Part shown: piece by piece, positions 38,431 to 52,669 of the stretch | Position numbering within the stretch: the stretch's first letter is position 1 | Layout: the number at the start of each line of letters is the position of its first letter | Position numbers and translations under genes: made by a program | The notes under the pieces: model-generated | Told to the model about the DNA's origin: nothing | Database searches by the model: none | Seen by the model: the letters and a program-made list of their open reading frames with translations, nothing else | Assembly (NCBI GenBank): GCA_030704615.1 | Contig: CM060731.1 | Span: 66,588,001 to 66,652,000, forward strand | Reading direction: 5' to 3' | DNA from: Takakia lepidozioides | Taxonomy: Eukaryota > Plantae > Bryophyta | Length of the DNA stretch: 64,000 bases

Positions 38431-41400
38431 AAGACGTTACAACTACTTGGACAGTTGAGCCACTGGATGGCAACAACTATAAGAGTTGGATCTACACGAT
38501 GCAGCTCCTGCTCTCTTCAAAGAGCCTATGGTCAATAGTGGCTAAAAAGCCTTCAGAGGATAACCTGAAGGAGGAGAGACGGATCCAAAAGAATGAGCTT
38601 GCAATGGCAGCTCTAGTCACAAACATGAGATCAAAACTGGTAGTTTTGATAAGGAATCTTACAACTGCTCATGAGGTCTGGCAGACCTTAAGTGAGGTGT
38701 ATGAGGCAGATGTGATGGGGAAAGCATATGTCCTATGGAAACAGCTCATGGACTTGAGAATGAGAGAAGGTGAGAGTGTAGCCATTCACATTGCCACTGT
38801 TAAAGCCATGTGTCTGGAGATAATTGATGCGGGAGAACCCATGACTGAATCACTTCAGATCATGACCTTGTTTGGCACCTTGCCAAAGAGTTATGACATG
38901 GTGGAAACCGCATTGGCTACTCATGGTAAGAGTAGACTGAGTTGGAAGTATGTCACTTCACAACTCATCATGGAAGAAAGCAAGCTGACTAGGGGTAGCT
39001 CAAGTATGGACAATGCCCTGACGGCTACTTCCATCAAGAAAGATGAAGCATGTTTCCGATGCGGCAAATTTGGGCATTTCCAGAAGGACTGCAAGGTGAA
39101 GATTGACAAGCCCAAGAAGGACAAGTGGAGACCAAGGAAGGGAAGTCTGTACATGCACATGTCGTTGACATGGGCAACGACAGTGAAGTTCACCTGTTTA
39201 TGGCAGATGCAGCTTATACTCGTGATGAAGACTACCTGCTGACTACTGAAGGAGAACACTGTGGAGATGAGTGGTATTTGGACTCTGGAGCTACTAACCA
39301 CATGTGTGGGAGGAATGAGTTGTTTCACAACTTGAAACCCATTCAGCCTAGGAGCGTAAAGATGGGCAACAAGACGTTTTCTGTAAGTACGATGATGGGA
39401 GAAATCCCTGTCAACTTTATCAGAAAAGAGAGTAAGGTTACCCGTTGTACCCTTCAGAAAGTCCTATATGTGCCAGACTTGGCAAAGAATCTGATCTCTG
39501 TTAGTACCTTGGATGAGCTTGGGTATGATGTCATTTTCAGAAACAATGCTTGCAGCATCCAGAAGGGCAACGAGGAACTCTGCTATGGAGTGAAGGAGCA
39601 GAGACTCTACAAGCTTTTGAGTACATCTGGAACTCAGGAGGAGGCCAATGTTGGGGACACAATGGACACTGCACCATTGTGGCATAGAAGGTTGGGTCAC
39701 TTGGGGACACAAGCGATCAAGGATCTTCAAAAGTTGGCGTTGGGACTGAATGTGGACTGGTCACATGAGCTACAGTTCTATGAATGATGTGCTAAAGGGA
39801 AACAACACAAGTCATCAATGCCCAAGGAATCTGCCACAAGAGCCAAGGAGAGGCTGGAGTTGATACACACAGATGTGTGTGGCCCCATGAAGACAACATC
39901 ACTGGGAGGATCTAGGTACTTTGTCACCTTCATTGATGACATGAATAGAAAGACTTTCTTATATCCCTTGAGAGAGAAAGGTCAAGTGCTGCAGGTCTTT
40001 AAGCAATTTGTGCATGAAGTAGAAAACCAGCTGGACCTCAAAGTCAAGGTTCTGAGGAGCGATGGTGGGGGGGAATTCCTAAATCAGGAATTCAAAAACT
40101 ATCTTGCTGAGAAAGGCATAAAGAGCCAAGTAACAGCGAGGGACAGTCCAGCCCAGAATGGAGTGGCAGAGAGATTAAACATAACACTGGTTGAGAAGGC
40201 TAGATGTATGCTACAGACCTCAGGCCTTGGACCAGAGTTTTGGGGAGAGGCGATCAGCACTGCCACCTATCTGAAAAATTTGAGTCCCGTGAGCTTTGAA
40301 AGACATGACTCCAGAGGAGGCGTGGAGTGGGAAGAAGCCAAACCTGAAGCATCTAAGAGTTTTTGGTTGTGCTGCTTATGCATGATACCTGACGAGCAAA
40401 GGAGCAAGTTGGATGCCAAGTCAGAAAGATGTATCTTCATTGGGTATGATCTGGGTTGCAAGGGGTACAAGGTCTACAATCCTAGAACCCAGAGGTCAAT
40501 CAGGAGTAGAGATGTCCTGTTTGATGAGGATAATTTTGGGAAGGAGACAAAGCCCAAGGACCTGTCCGTTCCTGTGATAATCCTTGATGTGGGAGAAAAA
40601 AAAAGGGAACAACCAGTACTAAAGGTTTACACTCGAAGAGAGAAGGTGGCGAAGAAACCAGAAGAGGATGAAGATTCTGAAGATCGGGATCCTATTGACA
40701 AGGATGGGGGGCCTAGAAGGTCAGGAAGGATCAGCAACCCCCCAGAAAGGTTTGGAGCTAATGTGGCAGAAGGACTGACTGGTCTGACTATGGATGACAT
40801 AGGGCAGATGGAAAGTTGTTTCCATGCCCTTGATAATGCAGAGGAGCCAGCCACCCTCAATGACGCTTTGGCAAGGGATGATGCCAATGAGTGGGAGGGA
40901 GCTGTACTAGAGGAGATGAAATCTCAAAAAGAAAACCAGATTTGGGAGCTGGTAACACTGCATGGTGGTAGAAAGGCGGTAGATTGCAAGTGGGTTTTCA
41001 AAGTGAAAAGAGGACCCAACAATGAGATAGTGAAGTACAAGGCCAGACTTGTGGCCAAAGGTTTCACACAGACTGCAGGGCTTGACTACAATGAAACTTT
41101 TGCCCCGGTGGCAAAGTTCACCTCCATCCGATGTTTACTGGCATTGGCAGCGAAGCATGACTGGGAGATAGAACACATGGACGTGAAGACTGCATTCTTG
41201 AATGGGGATCTCCAGGAGGAGATCTACATGAAACAACCAGAAGGCTTCCAAGAAGGTGATAAGGTGTGTCGGCTCAAGAAATCGTTATATGGACTCAAAT
41301 AGGCATCGAGGACATGGTATGAGAAGATCAATAGCTACTTGACAGGCCAAGGTTTTGTAAGGAGTACAGCTGATCAGAGCATTTACTACATGACATCAGG

Positions 41401-42397
41401 TGTCATGATAATAGCACTCTATGTGGATGACCTGCTACTGATCAGCGACAACAAGGATACCATGCGCAGGCAGAAGCATGATTTGAGTGAAACCTTTGAG
41501 ATGGTTGATCTTGGAGCCGTGAACTACCTACTTGGAATTCAGATTCTGAGGGACAGGAAGGCGAGAACTATAAAGTTGAGCCAAGAGAGGTATGTCAGGA
41601 ATGTTGTTGCGAAGTTTGGTATGCAGGACTGCAAACCAGCACCAACACCATTGGAAACCGGCTGCAAGCTGAGTAAGGAAATGGAGCCAAAATCTCCAAG
41701 TGAGATTGAGGAAATGGCTAAGGTTCCATATCAGCAAGCCATGGGATCTCTGATGTATGCAATGATTGGCACCAGGCCAGACATTGCCTATGCAGTGGGA
41801 ATGCTTAGTAAGTTCATGCACAACCCAGGACCTCAGCATTGGAAAGCACTCAAGAAGGTGATTAGATATTTGAAAGGGACTGCGGATACATGTCTAACTT
41901 ACAACAAGCAAGACACTGGAGCATCACTAGAAGGATACAATGATGCAGATTGGGCAGGAGACACAGATGAGAGGAGATCCATATCTGCCTACTGCTTTGT
42001 AATGAGTGGAGGTGCTGTGAGCTGGAGCAGCAAAAGACAGCAGACCACTGCTCTATCCTCAACTGAGTCAGAGTATATGGCTCTGACTCATGCAGCTAAA
42101 GAAGCCATTTGGATTCGAAGGCTTCTTGGTGAACTTGGCTTCAGTCAAGAACAGCCAACGAAAGTGCATGCTGATAACAGGAGCAGCATTGAGCTGAGCA
42201 AGAATCCTGTTCATCACGCCCGGACCAAGCACATAGATATCAAACATCATTTCATTAGAGAAATGATTGGTTTGGAGATTGAGTTGGTTTACTGTAGGAC
42301 TGAGGACATGGCAGCTGATGCACTCACAAAGGCTCTATCCAAAGAAAAGCATTCTAGATGCATGGAACTGATTGGGTTAAGCCTCAATCCTCGCTGA
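38421..42397 (+). pseudogene. Copia gag-pol (gag, CCHC, PR, INT, RT, RNase H) with stops and frameshifts
   Basis: CFRCGKFGHFQKDC; WYLDSGATNHM; LWHRRLGH; IHTDVCGP, LRSDGGGEF, QNGVAER; YKARLVAKG, LYVDDLL; DADWAG, RTKHIDIKHHF. Frameshift ~39120, stops at 39785 and 41300, compensating frameshifts ~40290-40380. Confidence 0.96.
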
Positions 42398-44129
42398 GTG
42401 GGAGTGTTAGAAGTCAGCTCAGATTTAGTTAGCTAGGGTTCTGTTAGGGTTTTTTGACGGCTAGGGATAGTTCTACCAAAAGGTTCCAGCCACCAGAAGT
42501 TTCTAGAGAACTCATGTAGGATTTAAGAGAAAGGCTGAGGCAATGCCCAGCACTTCTTCTAGCATTTTGGATGTGCTATCCTAGTAGATTGCAGAGAGAG
42601 GAGGATGAGAAGTCCAGCATCTACTTTTGTAAGTTTTTTCTTTTGCAGTAAGGAGCATTCTTGTTAGGACTGACACTTCTTGTTAGTACTAACTCTTTGG
42701 TTGGTTTAGGCTGTCAGTTTTTGTACTGCTGCTTGTGCTAGAAGCTATCTGTCAATATCACTAGGAGGTAGAGGACAAGTCTAGTTTCCAACATCTTTAA
42801 CCATCCAATCCTTACTGGGATTAACTTTGATTTGAGTCAAATTAGGCTCATTAGGTAGGAAAAAAAAACTCTTACACACAATGGCATTGGCCAATCTTCA
42901 AAAAAGAAATATATATATGAAGTAAGACCCCCCAATTTGGGGCTAACTCAGTTTTTTTGACACATTTTTGCTGAATCATCTTGCCCAAGCTGCTTACATG
43001 GCAACCATGGTCAGGTTACGGAAAGGTATCCACCCTAAGAACGGCGGGCCCACAGACATCCCAATGCCCCATGAATGTATAGCAGCCACAGGTTTCACCA
43101 CATGAGTGGCAAAACGGTCTCAAAACCCGCTAGGTACAAGGGCTAGAGTAGGAAATATGAGAGGGCTGCAGGCCAAAATATAGGTTGGGCTGGGAATTAC
43201 CGGGCAGTGCCCGAAAATAGCCTAAAACATTTCCCAATTAGATTGAATTTTTTTCTACAACAACATTTGCATGCAATGATGACATGGACCAGAGCGATTG
43301 AGAATTGGACGAAAGATGTGTCCTACGTAATTTTTGAAGCTCAAATTTTGGTCTGCCCGCTTCAAATTGGGTTTTGAGACCCCCCAATTTGTGAGTACAA
43401 AGCAGCCCACACGAAAACAAGTCGGAAAAAAACGAAAATTTCAGGGAAGGTGTGGCATCAAGTGAGGTACACAATTCCCAAGACTCTCATATGAGGTCGC
43501 CGAAAAAAAACACTCCCGGGATACCATGAAGACCCAATTGGGGTGACAGTACAAATGGATAAAACTGTCCCCAAGAGAAAAAACAAAATCTCATAGAACT
43601 AGATATATTAACAAAAAGAAATCCAACTATTCTAGTGAAGAAGGTCAAACAATATGAAAGATGATGGGACAAAGTGGGACCAGGTGTTGGGAGAATCCAA
43701 GACATTGGGTTTGTTGACATTGCCATAGTGACTCAAGATCAGACCCTCAAAAACAACATCTCTCATAGTGAGGTCTAAATCATCTACCAAAAGCATGGGA
43801 CGTTCACGCTTGACCATTCCTGCCATAACGAAGAGCTTGGAAGAGAGAGCACAAAGAAAGAGCACAAAGAGAGAGCGAGTGAGATGAGAGACTTCCAGAA
43901 ATGAAATGAGTTGTGAGAGAAGAGAGACAGCAGCCTACCTTTATATTCTTGAGAGGGGATGCTCGTTTGCTTGGTTGCTGCTCCTGCGGATGCTTGCAAG
44001 TTGATAGAGCTTTGAATGTGCATCAATACATGGAAGACAAACCGCCGGAAGAGTTGAAAGCAGGGCTGGTGGTGACAGCATGTGCAGAAGCAATTTCAAA
44101 CTTGAGCATAAGTGCGCCGCACAGGAAAC

Positions 44130-44345
44130 CTAGATGGAGGAACCTTTGCCCGACGCAAAATAGACAGAGCTTGACCCTTTTGTAGAGCAACATAAACTCG
44201 TTGTCTAAAGAATGTTACAAGAATAGATACGTTTGGGTTTCCAATGCTTTTGTTTTTCGCTGCGCGAGGGCACATATGCGAAAGAAGTCGTTGAACCGAT
44301 GATCCAAACAATCGAAAATCTCGACTGTCAGATGGAATAATGTTT
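44130..44345 (-). pseudogene. C-terminal fragment of a CRE-like non-LTR retrotransposon (restriction-like endonuclease tail)
   Basis: LTVEIFDCLDHRFNDFFRICA / VTFFRQRVYVALQKGQALSILRRA resembles the P.A.E.FG....RQR.S.ALQR.QA..I tail. Confidence 0.55.
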
Positions 44346-47300
44346 ATGTGGGGTCACGTTCCCGATGAACTCGAGGATGACGACAAACACACCGTTGTAA
44401 TCCCAACATAGGACCCGTCGGGTATATCAGGGTCCCGGTATATAATATACCTTGGCCCACCAATTGCATGATACCCTGACCTGGGCCCTATTGGCCGGGT
44501 ATTTAACTGCATCCTACCCAAACCGGACCCTACCTGATTCTCGCTGAGGCCGAGGCTGGTTTCACAACTCCAAGCCTCTAAGGATAGCTAGACCCTACCT
44601 GGTTTCTATCTGCCTCACAGGGTCCGAGTTTATCCCACATGGGCCCACAGTAGCCCACGACAACCCACCTATTGCATCTTTTTTCTATTGGACCACGCAC
44701 TAATATGCTAAAAAATGAATTGCTTGCTCCTTTTTTCTATTGGACCACAAGTAAATGTGTAAATGTGCCATTGTAATTGCCAAGTAATGTGCCATTTCTC
44801 TCTTTGATTAACCCTTAAGTGTCCGGGCCCATTTTCAAAACATGTTGTGAAAAAAGGACCCTGGCCCACTAAATCTTTTTTATCTTGAGCAGGTAGCCCA
44901 GTGGTTGGGTGTTTGTGCCTTGCCTGTACATAACCTGGGTGATCCTGGGGTCAATCCTTCAACATGTTCCTTCAGACCGTCCATTGGGCCCTCGATGGCC
45001 TATGTGTTGAGCAGTAGGCTCTGTAAATTTACTGGACGTTACAGTATCTTTATCTTATCTTTTTTATCTCCCAGATTTCCAAGTCCCTGTAAAAGTGACC
45101 GTTGAATTTACTACCCACCTACCCAAAATATGACCTCAAAAAATTTGAGCCGTATCCAATTGCCAAATTAGAAGGTTATAATATGCAGATGTGCCCCAAA
45201 AAGAATCCTTCCTAAAATTGAAGAGCATAAAAAACCAAGAAATTTACCAAATTTGGGCAATGTTTCCCTTGCATTAAAATAGAATATTCTATCGTAAATT
45301 CCCAAATTTTTCATGGATGAAATCGCCAAACTTCTACAAGGAAAAAAAAAAGATAATGAATGAATTCGCCAAATATGGATAATATAAATGGATGAAATAT
45401 AGGAGGATGATTCTATCCAAATTTTCACTGGATGAACAGAATATATAGCTATTTCTTGTAATCACTCGTGCTATTTTTCAAATTTAACAAAAAAATCACT
45501 ATATCCAGGGCTTTTGTTCTAAGAAAGTCCAAATTCCTGAGGCTCTCCGGGCATCTATTACGTTCATAATTAATGCACCTAACATTGATTATGAGTGTGA
45601 TTTAGGCTGAGCTGTGGATAAGTTCACAAGTGAGTGAGCACTGAGTAGTTGGGTCGTTTATAAAGCTTTATGGCAGAGTTTCCTACGTTGTGGTGTGTGG
45701 GATTCTATTCCTTTGACTGGTTTATAACACAATGGAAAGACATATGGGGCCTAGTGCTCTCAGTCTAGACCAAGATTTCAAACGAGCAGTTACGTGACTC
45801 CACCAACTCGTATATTCTGACAATGCCTTCACCAGGTAATATCATATGACGAGAACATACCTCGGGCACGATGGCTCTGGCAGAGGGCCAGTTCACCGCT
45901 TGCTCAACAATGACAACTAGCAGTGTCTATGTTTCCTACGTCGAAGGCATTTTAAAATTCCGAAGCATACGTCTGTTATATATCCCCATAGTACCGTCAG
46001 CACAATCCAACTGCCCATGTGGAGGATTCCATCGGCCTGCCAAGAATCCTGTTTTAGCGGTTGCAATCATGTTTTCGATGGCAGTAGTCCATCATTACCA
46101 GGGGGGCTTGACAGACACTATCTCACTCTTGTCATGAGCTTGGTTGATAGTTTAGAAGATGAGGATGGAGAGAGATGTGGACGGAGGGGGGGAGTAGAGA
46201 GATATTTTGTTGATTGTTGGTTGTTTTTGTTCATATCTCCTCTAGCTGTTCTATGATGGTCTTGACTGTAAAAGTCCAGACTAAAATTATTAATAGTTTA
46301 AATGTGCAAATATTCTAGACAAATCTAAAGTCGAAAAAGTGTTGCAATGTTGAGCAACGGGTTGTTAAGGATAGAATTTGGTAAGGTATGCAATTAATGG
46401 TACGACCCAGATTTTTGCTTGTACCCACTGACCCTTCCTCCTCTTCTTTTCAAGGGCGCTTGCACAAACTACATGAACCGCTCGTAGCATACGATAAGAA
46501 CGGAAAGGGGTACAGATGCTTGTTACACGCTATACATTTGAAACGCTCATTGTTAGTCTAGTCCAAGCTTGACAGTTTAGAGAGGATCACTCATTGTTCA
46601 CTTGACCTAACATAATTTCCTCCGCTCAGTCAGATTGAATTGAAAACTAGTTGGGGAATTGTTCAGATGCATCAAAGCTGGTGTAAGCATGTCTGCTCAA
46701 ACATCCCTCTTTAACTGTCACTCCATTCATTTCGAATTAAGTAAATTTCTGAGAAAAATTTAGTGGTCACTTTCACAGTAATGTCTTTCCAGTATCACAG
46801 ATACAATGTTCGTTTCGACTGCAAGCCAGGTGCAGCACAGTTCAATGGCAAATGATAGTTCACAATTTACATATTCACTGTATCATAAGGTACTATGAAT
46901 TGTCACAGCAGTGGACAGCCAATACATTGCAGTGAGAAATTTGCAGTTCAGAAGATACGTCGATGCTACGGCAAAAAATTTAAGCCATGTTATGACAGAG
47001 CATGAAAGTAGCATGAGATAGTCAATTATCAACAACCCAATCTTGGGGAAAAATTAAGGTACGAAGTTTGGATTGAAAACATGACAAACAATGTCTTGAA
47101 AAAATGCCACCTTTTCCTCAGAACTGTTAACCAAGTTTAAAGACTTGTAGATTTATGATCTCATCAAGCTGCGAAAATACATGAAAGGCTGATTGACTAA
47201 GCCACTCTAGATCCCAGAGCCCGCTCACTTTCAAATGCCGCCAGCAGATAGATTGAACTCTTACGACAATAAATGCAGGAAGCTTAAGAGTAAGGACACT

Positions 47301-48134
47301 CCAACTGTGCACACGAGAACATCACAGATTTTCAAATGTAACAGAACAGAACATCAAGGCTTCTCACTTACTTTGGGGAGGTTGGAAGTATCTCAAATGT
47401 TTAAAACCTGAACACATTCAACTAGCTGGACCTGAAAGGTGACCCTGCATATAAATGGTAAGGCTGCAGATCTTTGGGAGCTTCTAGTGGCTACGTCTCG
47501 AGCTTGGAAAGCAGACTTTAACCAGTGTCACTACAATTGATGCACACGAAAAGCTGAGATGGGGAGCGGCCACACTGCGTGAATGTAGGTCATAACCTTA
47601 TGTTCGGGCTGCTCTAGTGAAATTTGCAGTAGATAGGGCTGGAGTAGTCCTGTTTGAAGTGAACACGAGTTAGTCCAGTGTCGACATATATCGCTCTTAT
47701 GGCATCTAAGCCGCCTCGAGTAATACAGCCATGGATGTTCCTGCACTACTTAGCCAATCATTAGATATCGAGAACCAGAAAAATCTGACCTTTAGATCAC
47801 AATTCCAACTAAGGACTCTCTACTGTGACGTCACTATACAAAAAGAAAATTTCTACGAGAACACAACGGCATCTTCTCCACAACGTGTTGCAGAAACTAC
47901 TAGCACAACCTGGATGCATCCTTCGACATACTACATATGTTTGCAGCCTGGTATCATGAACACGATCCTCCGGACACTGTTTCTTTGGCTTGTATAAGAA
48001 ATGGCAGATGCCGTCAACAATGCAGAACAAATTCATCTTCACCGGGAACCTAAATGAACACCAGCGACTTGTACCGGTCAGCATCACAGAGAACATCAAT
48101 CCTACATTACATGTACACAACGGATAGCACAGAC

Positions 48135-48305
48135 ACAGGGAGCTCCCTTCAGTCCAAGACAAACCAAATCGAAGAGTGGTCGGCTCCCGCATCAAGCACT
48201 CGGCTGGGGTATCAAGAACAGCCTTGGATACAGCAGCCGGATGCGTGAGTCGGCAGATGGGCACACTTCGCTTTAGTCAGGATTGAACTGAGTAGAGCTC
48301 CCGCT
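48135..48305 (-). repeat. Dispersed repeat, copy 2 (homologous to 5960-6140)
   Basis: Same shared blocks as copy 1. Confidence 0.8.
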
Positions 48306-49709
48306 GGCAGTACTACTTCTAAGTCACTAAATCCCGTGTGAGCGTACCTGGAACCAACACCCACCAAACACCTTGGTACAGAGAGTGCGTCGTCGCACCT
48401 CAGGACCCATGGGGAAGTGCTGAATGACAAGACAGACCTTGGCCAGCAGGTCTATGGAGCAGCACGTGAACTCCACCTGGTGAGGGCATCGACTAGGAGG
48501 ACCCCGGCCAGATCTAAGAAGGCAATCCCACAGAAGATAGAGGAAGGGTGCGGAAGAGTTCGTGAATGAGGAGAGAGAAGTGGACTGTCTTACTCAGCGG
48601 TGAGGTACGAGCTTTATACTTGTCGCGGTGTGAAGGATGACCACCCAATAATCCTTTATCGTTTTTTCCCAGATATCCTTGAGGAATCTATGATAGTTCC
48701 AGGCTGGTTCCATTCCATCCGGGTTTCTCTGCTAGGAAAGATCATAGAAGGCAGGTGGGTAGTTGTGTGCCACATGGCACAAAGGATATGTAGGTGAATT
48801 TGAACCCACGACACCCTCCTCATCTCACTTAGAGAGGCTCCAGCGTTGCATTGCTTTGCTTTTGTGCGAGTACCAGCAGCATTGATGAAAAGGCGGAATA
48901 AAACTTAATGGAATGAATGAAGGACAAAAGCGCGAGCATGAACAGGAACTACAACTCTGGCGTTTGTACTCTCCAAATCCTACAGAGAATCTGCAGCAGA
49001 CTGCACAGTGCAAGTGGAAAGGGGGGGATCCACCTGCCCTTTCTTTTTGACGCCCTTTCGACATTCCTCCCATGGCAGGGCCTCTAAATCTTTTGTGAAG
49101 GGCACTCACGTGCCTTTTTCAGTGATCCTTTTAATTTTATCTATTTTTTATTATTATTTTTTGGCTCTCTTGCAGACAGAATATGTGCGGAGACATGCAA
49201 GTCAATGGAGAAAATGTGGTCAAAGTACCTTACACAGTGTCAAGGCGCTGATTGGTGATTGGTGTGTTGTGCTGAGTCATGCTCCCTAGTCGTAGCTTCC
49301 TCTTTAGTTGTGCCAAACCAAAGGAGAGAGCCAATTGTGGTGTGAGGCTTGTTTAAAATAGCGGGATAGAGGGAGAAGAACTTCTAGTTAGGTCGTTCAT
49401 AAATCCATTCCACTGGATTTACTTTCAAATATTGTGGTTTGAAAAGACTTACAACCCACACTTGCAAGATTTGCTCGAATCCCAACCCAAATTTTCGTTG
49501 ACGTCCGGAGTTCAGACCAGAGTTGGGCAAGTATGGTTTTTCTGTTTGTCAATAACAGACAAGACAACATATCATCGGCTCTGTTTCTTCGTCCTCTAAT
49601 CTTTGGCCGCCTTCTCTGAAATGGTTGGTTCGAGGAACCCCCTCCAAGGCTGAAATGTTGGTTCAAAGGCGTGGCAGTCCATTTGGGATGTTTGGCTTCG
49701 CATGAGGTC

Positions 49710-50392
49710 TCATGTACGAAGGTAGGGCAACACTGCTGCATCTTCACACACATCATTAGCACCACCAAGCTCCTCACTGATCTCCGGATCGTCATGCACA
49801 CCATCTACATGACCAATCCTATGGGATGGACCAACTTGAGCTCCCATTGCTAGGATGCACAAAAAGGCAGATGCCTGCCATCCTGGCACCATCTCCTCAT
49901 CCGTCTCACCGTGCCACCGAGCTCCAGTATCATTATGCTCGCTCATGCATGGATTACAACTCAACCCATCTGCATCCCAATTGATTATACCGGCTCGATG
50001 CACCACCTGGAAGTCGTACTCTTGAAGCATAAGTGCCCACCGTGCAAGCTTCCCTGTAAGCTTGTCTGACTCCATCAACCACTTCAATGGTTGGTGATCC
50101 GTGACAAAGTTGAAGAGGTTGTCATAGAGGTAGCATCTGAAATGTGCCACTGCCCATACCGCAACTAGACACTCCCCTTCATATGAGCTATACTTCGTCT
50201 CAGCATCATTGTTCGAGCGGCTGGCATAAGCTACTACGAACTCTCTTCCCTCGTCATCAACCTGTGTGAGCACTGCTCCAATTCACAGTATACTCCAATC
50301 TGTATGTAGCTGGAAAGGCCGCCCCCGAATAGGCCGCCTCAGAATAGGTGCAGAAGTCAATTGAGCCTTGAGTTCCTCAAAGGCTTCATCAT
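49710..50392 (-). pseudogene. Ty3/gypsy RNase H and linker
   Basis: AFEELK..LTSAPIL..FQLHTDWS..IGAVLTQ; VAYASRS; YSSYEGECL; VTDHQPLKWL; LARWALMLQEYDF; DADGLS. Confidence 0.93.
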
Positions 50393-51376
50393 TGCACCAT
50401 CATCAGGTGTAACCTTTCCACCCCCCCCCCCCCCCCCTGGTTTTCGCATAATTTGTCAAATGGTGTTTTGTTTTGCATCCTGGAAAAATCATCAATAACG
50501 GTCAAAAAATATTTTGCACCTCCATGAGATTCAGTAGATATAAGTCCGCATAGATCTGTATGGGATAAATGCACAGATGGGTGGACCAAAAACTGTGTAA
50601 CAATGTTTCCCCCATCATTTGATTATAGGTCTCCAAAGCCTCCATACCATGTCCTGGCGCAATTCCAGCATTCTTACTATTGATATGGACCTCTTTGCCC
50701 ATCTCCAGAGCTGCCAAGCTGGTACAAGCATTGAGAATGCAGACAAGTGTGACCTTGTCAGGGGTTACCTCTTCATTTATCGATGGTGCATAGACCTCCA
50801 AAGCCTTCTTACCACACCCATAGTGGGCATATTCTAAGCCGCTGCTCATTGTATCAACATGGATTACCCACAAGTAAATCTGCCCAGGCCCACCTCTCCA
50901 ATAGCCTTCCACTGGAGAGGTGTGCTCAGTTAAACCAGATCTTCGAAGTGTAGGGTTGGTGCTCGCTCCCACGATTGTTGCAGTGAAAGTAGTTATAATG
51001 GCAGGTGGTAGCACCAACCATTGCATCAGTGTCGTTGCATCAGGCGCATTCAGAGTGGGGTGATTGGGAGATGAATCCCACCTTAACGAATCTGGCTCTG
51101 GGAGTAGATTGTAGAGCATAGTGGACTTGGAAATCACCTCCCTCCAGTTTATTGTCGTGTGGTCCTTAGGTGCAAACACACTAGAACTCAGATAATGCAG
51201 CCGAGGCTGCTGCTTCTGTTGAGGAAATATGAGTGGTTCAACTAAAGGAACTATGCTAAAGCTTTCATGGGGTTGACAAACTACTATCGACGGTTTGTCA
51301 AGGGATTTAGCAGCATTGCAAAGGCTCTTACCAAGTTGACCAAGGTGGATTAGGAGTGGCAGTGGGAGGAGGAGCC
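50393..51376. other. Rearranged block: inverted RT segment (51261-51375, +) plus foreign PPR and copia-integrase fragments
   Basis: Plus strand AFMGLTNYYRRFVKGFSSIAKALTKLTKVD*EWQWEEE is the piece missing between DVSRVR and DEAFEELK on the minus strand; minus-strand TPDKVTLVCILNACTSLAALEMGKEVH (PPR) and HTDLCG...GGAKYFLTVIDDFSR (copia INT). Confidence 0.85.
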
Positions 51377-51377
51377 A

Positions 51378-52200
51378 CGAACTCTGCTAACATCTATGGG
51401 GCGTGGAATGCGTGCAATGGCCTCCACCTTTGTCTTTTGAACACCCAATCCTCCAGGGTATATCATGTGGCCCAGCTACTCAATCTGGTTGTGGAAGAAC
51501 TTGCACTTCCTAGGGTGCAATTTCAACCCATGCGCTCTCAAGCGCTCAAACACCATCTGAAGGTGTCTCTCATGCTCCTCAACCGTAGCACTAAAGACGA
51601 CGATGTAATCAATGTAACACCGGGCAAAGTCTAGCCCTGCAAGAATCCTATCCATAATCCTCTGAAACTCTGCAGAAGCATTCTTCAACCCAAACGGTAG
51701 GAACCGCCATTGGTACAAGCAATCCTTCACATGTTGGTCAATCCCCCAGAATGCCGTCTTTTGCTTGTCAGCCTCTTTGATTGGCAACTGGTGGTAACCG
51801 GATCGCAAGTCCAATGTGCTAAACACCTTTGCATGCCCAATGGCATCAAAGATCTCCTCTGGAGTTGGCATGGCATATCTATCGGACTTAGTATGACGAT
51901 TCACAGGACGGTAGTCCCCACAAATCCTTCTTTATGTCCAATTGTCATAGATATCCTTTTTAACCGGCATTACCGTTGCCGAGGCATACTCCTCGCCTGA
52001 CAACTCCACCAATCCAGCTTCGAACAGCTCTATAGTCCGTGACTGGATCAATGACCTTTCCATGTCACTATACCGGTAGGGCTTTCGCAAAATTGGCAGG
52101 TCACTTGCCAAATCAATACGAATCTCCTGGCCCTTCAAACTCCCCAAATCCTTCAAACCGAAGGCAAAGCAATTTCTATAACCCTTTAGAAATCGCTGGA
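51378..52200 (-). pseudogene. Ty3/gypsy reverse transcriptase
   Basis: RKPYR..; RICGDYRPVN; FSTLDLRSGYHQ; KTAFW; LPFGLKNA; CYIDYIVVFS (YIDD>YIDY); KCKFF; *LGH. Confidence 0.95.
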
Positions 52201-52669
52201 TCCTCCGTCTCTCTCCTCCGGTGTCTGTAGGTCCAACATCTGGTTCCTAGTTGTCCTTAGTGACTGCAACCTTGGGTACACCAGGCTTGGAGGTAAGAGA
52301 CGCATCCTTTGGTTGCTAGATAGCAACCTCTTGGGCCTTATCCACCCACCCTGACTGTGGCGTAGCCTCCACTTGCTTTGCCATAGCCACCTTGAGAACA
52401 TCCTCTAGGGAAGAAACATTCTCAACCTCTTCAAAAACATTGGTCACCTTGGCCTCCAACTGATCATCAGTGTATGGCTCTCCTCACTCCTCATATTGCT
52501 GCTTGAGATATCCAAGGACTCTCTCTTTCCGCATCTCACCCCACATCTGTCATGGATGTTTGCACCTCATGATCATGTACTCGCTCCTACTCACTGCCTC
52601 AACCGTCCCGGTTCGCAGAGGGGATGCAATACCAAATGGGAATGCAGAAGTAGCCACCAATGTCTGCAA

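Larger units (their letters stand above)
38028..42793 (+). mobile_element. Full-length Ty1/copia LTR retrotransposon (4766 bp)
   Basis: 389-bp LTRs 38028-38416 and 42405-42793 (TGTTAG..CCAACA; ~5 differences by eye); 5-bp TSD TCTTT; PPT GAGTGGGAG; PBS GGTTATGGGCCCAC. Confidence 0.97.

Noticed and set aside
44890-44965. tRNA/SINE head (TAGCCCAGTGG...GGGTCAATCC)
   Set aside because: Stems do not pair convincingly; no tail or TSD identified.
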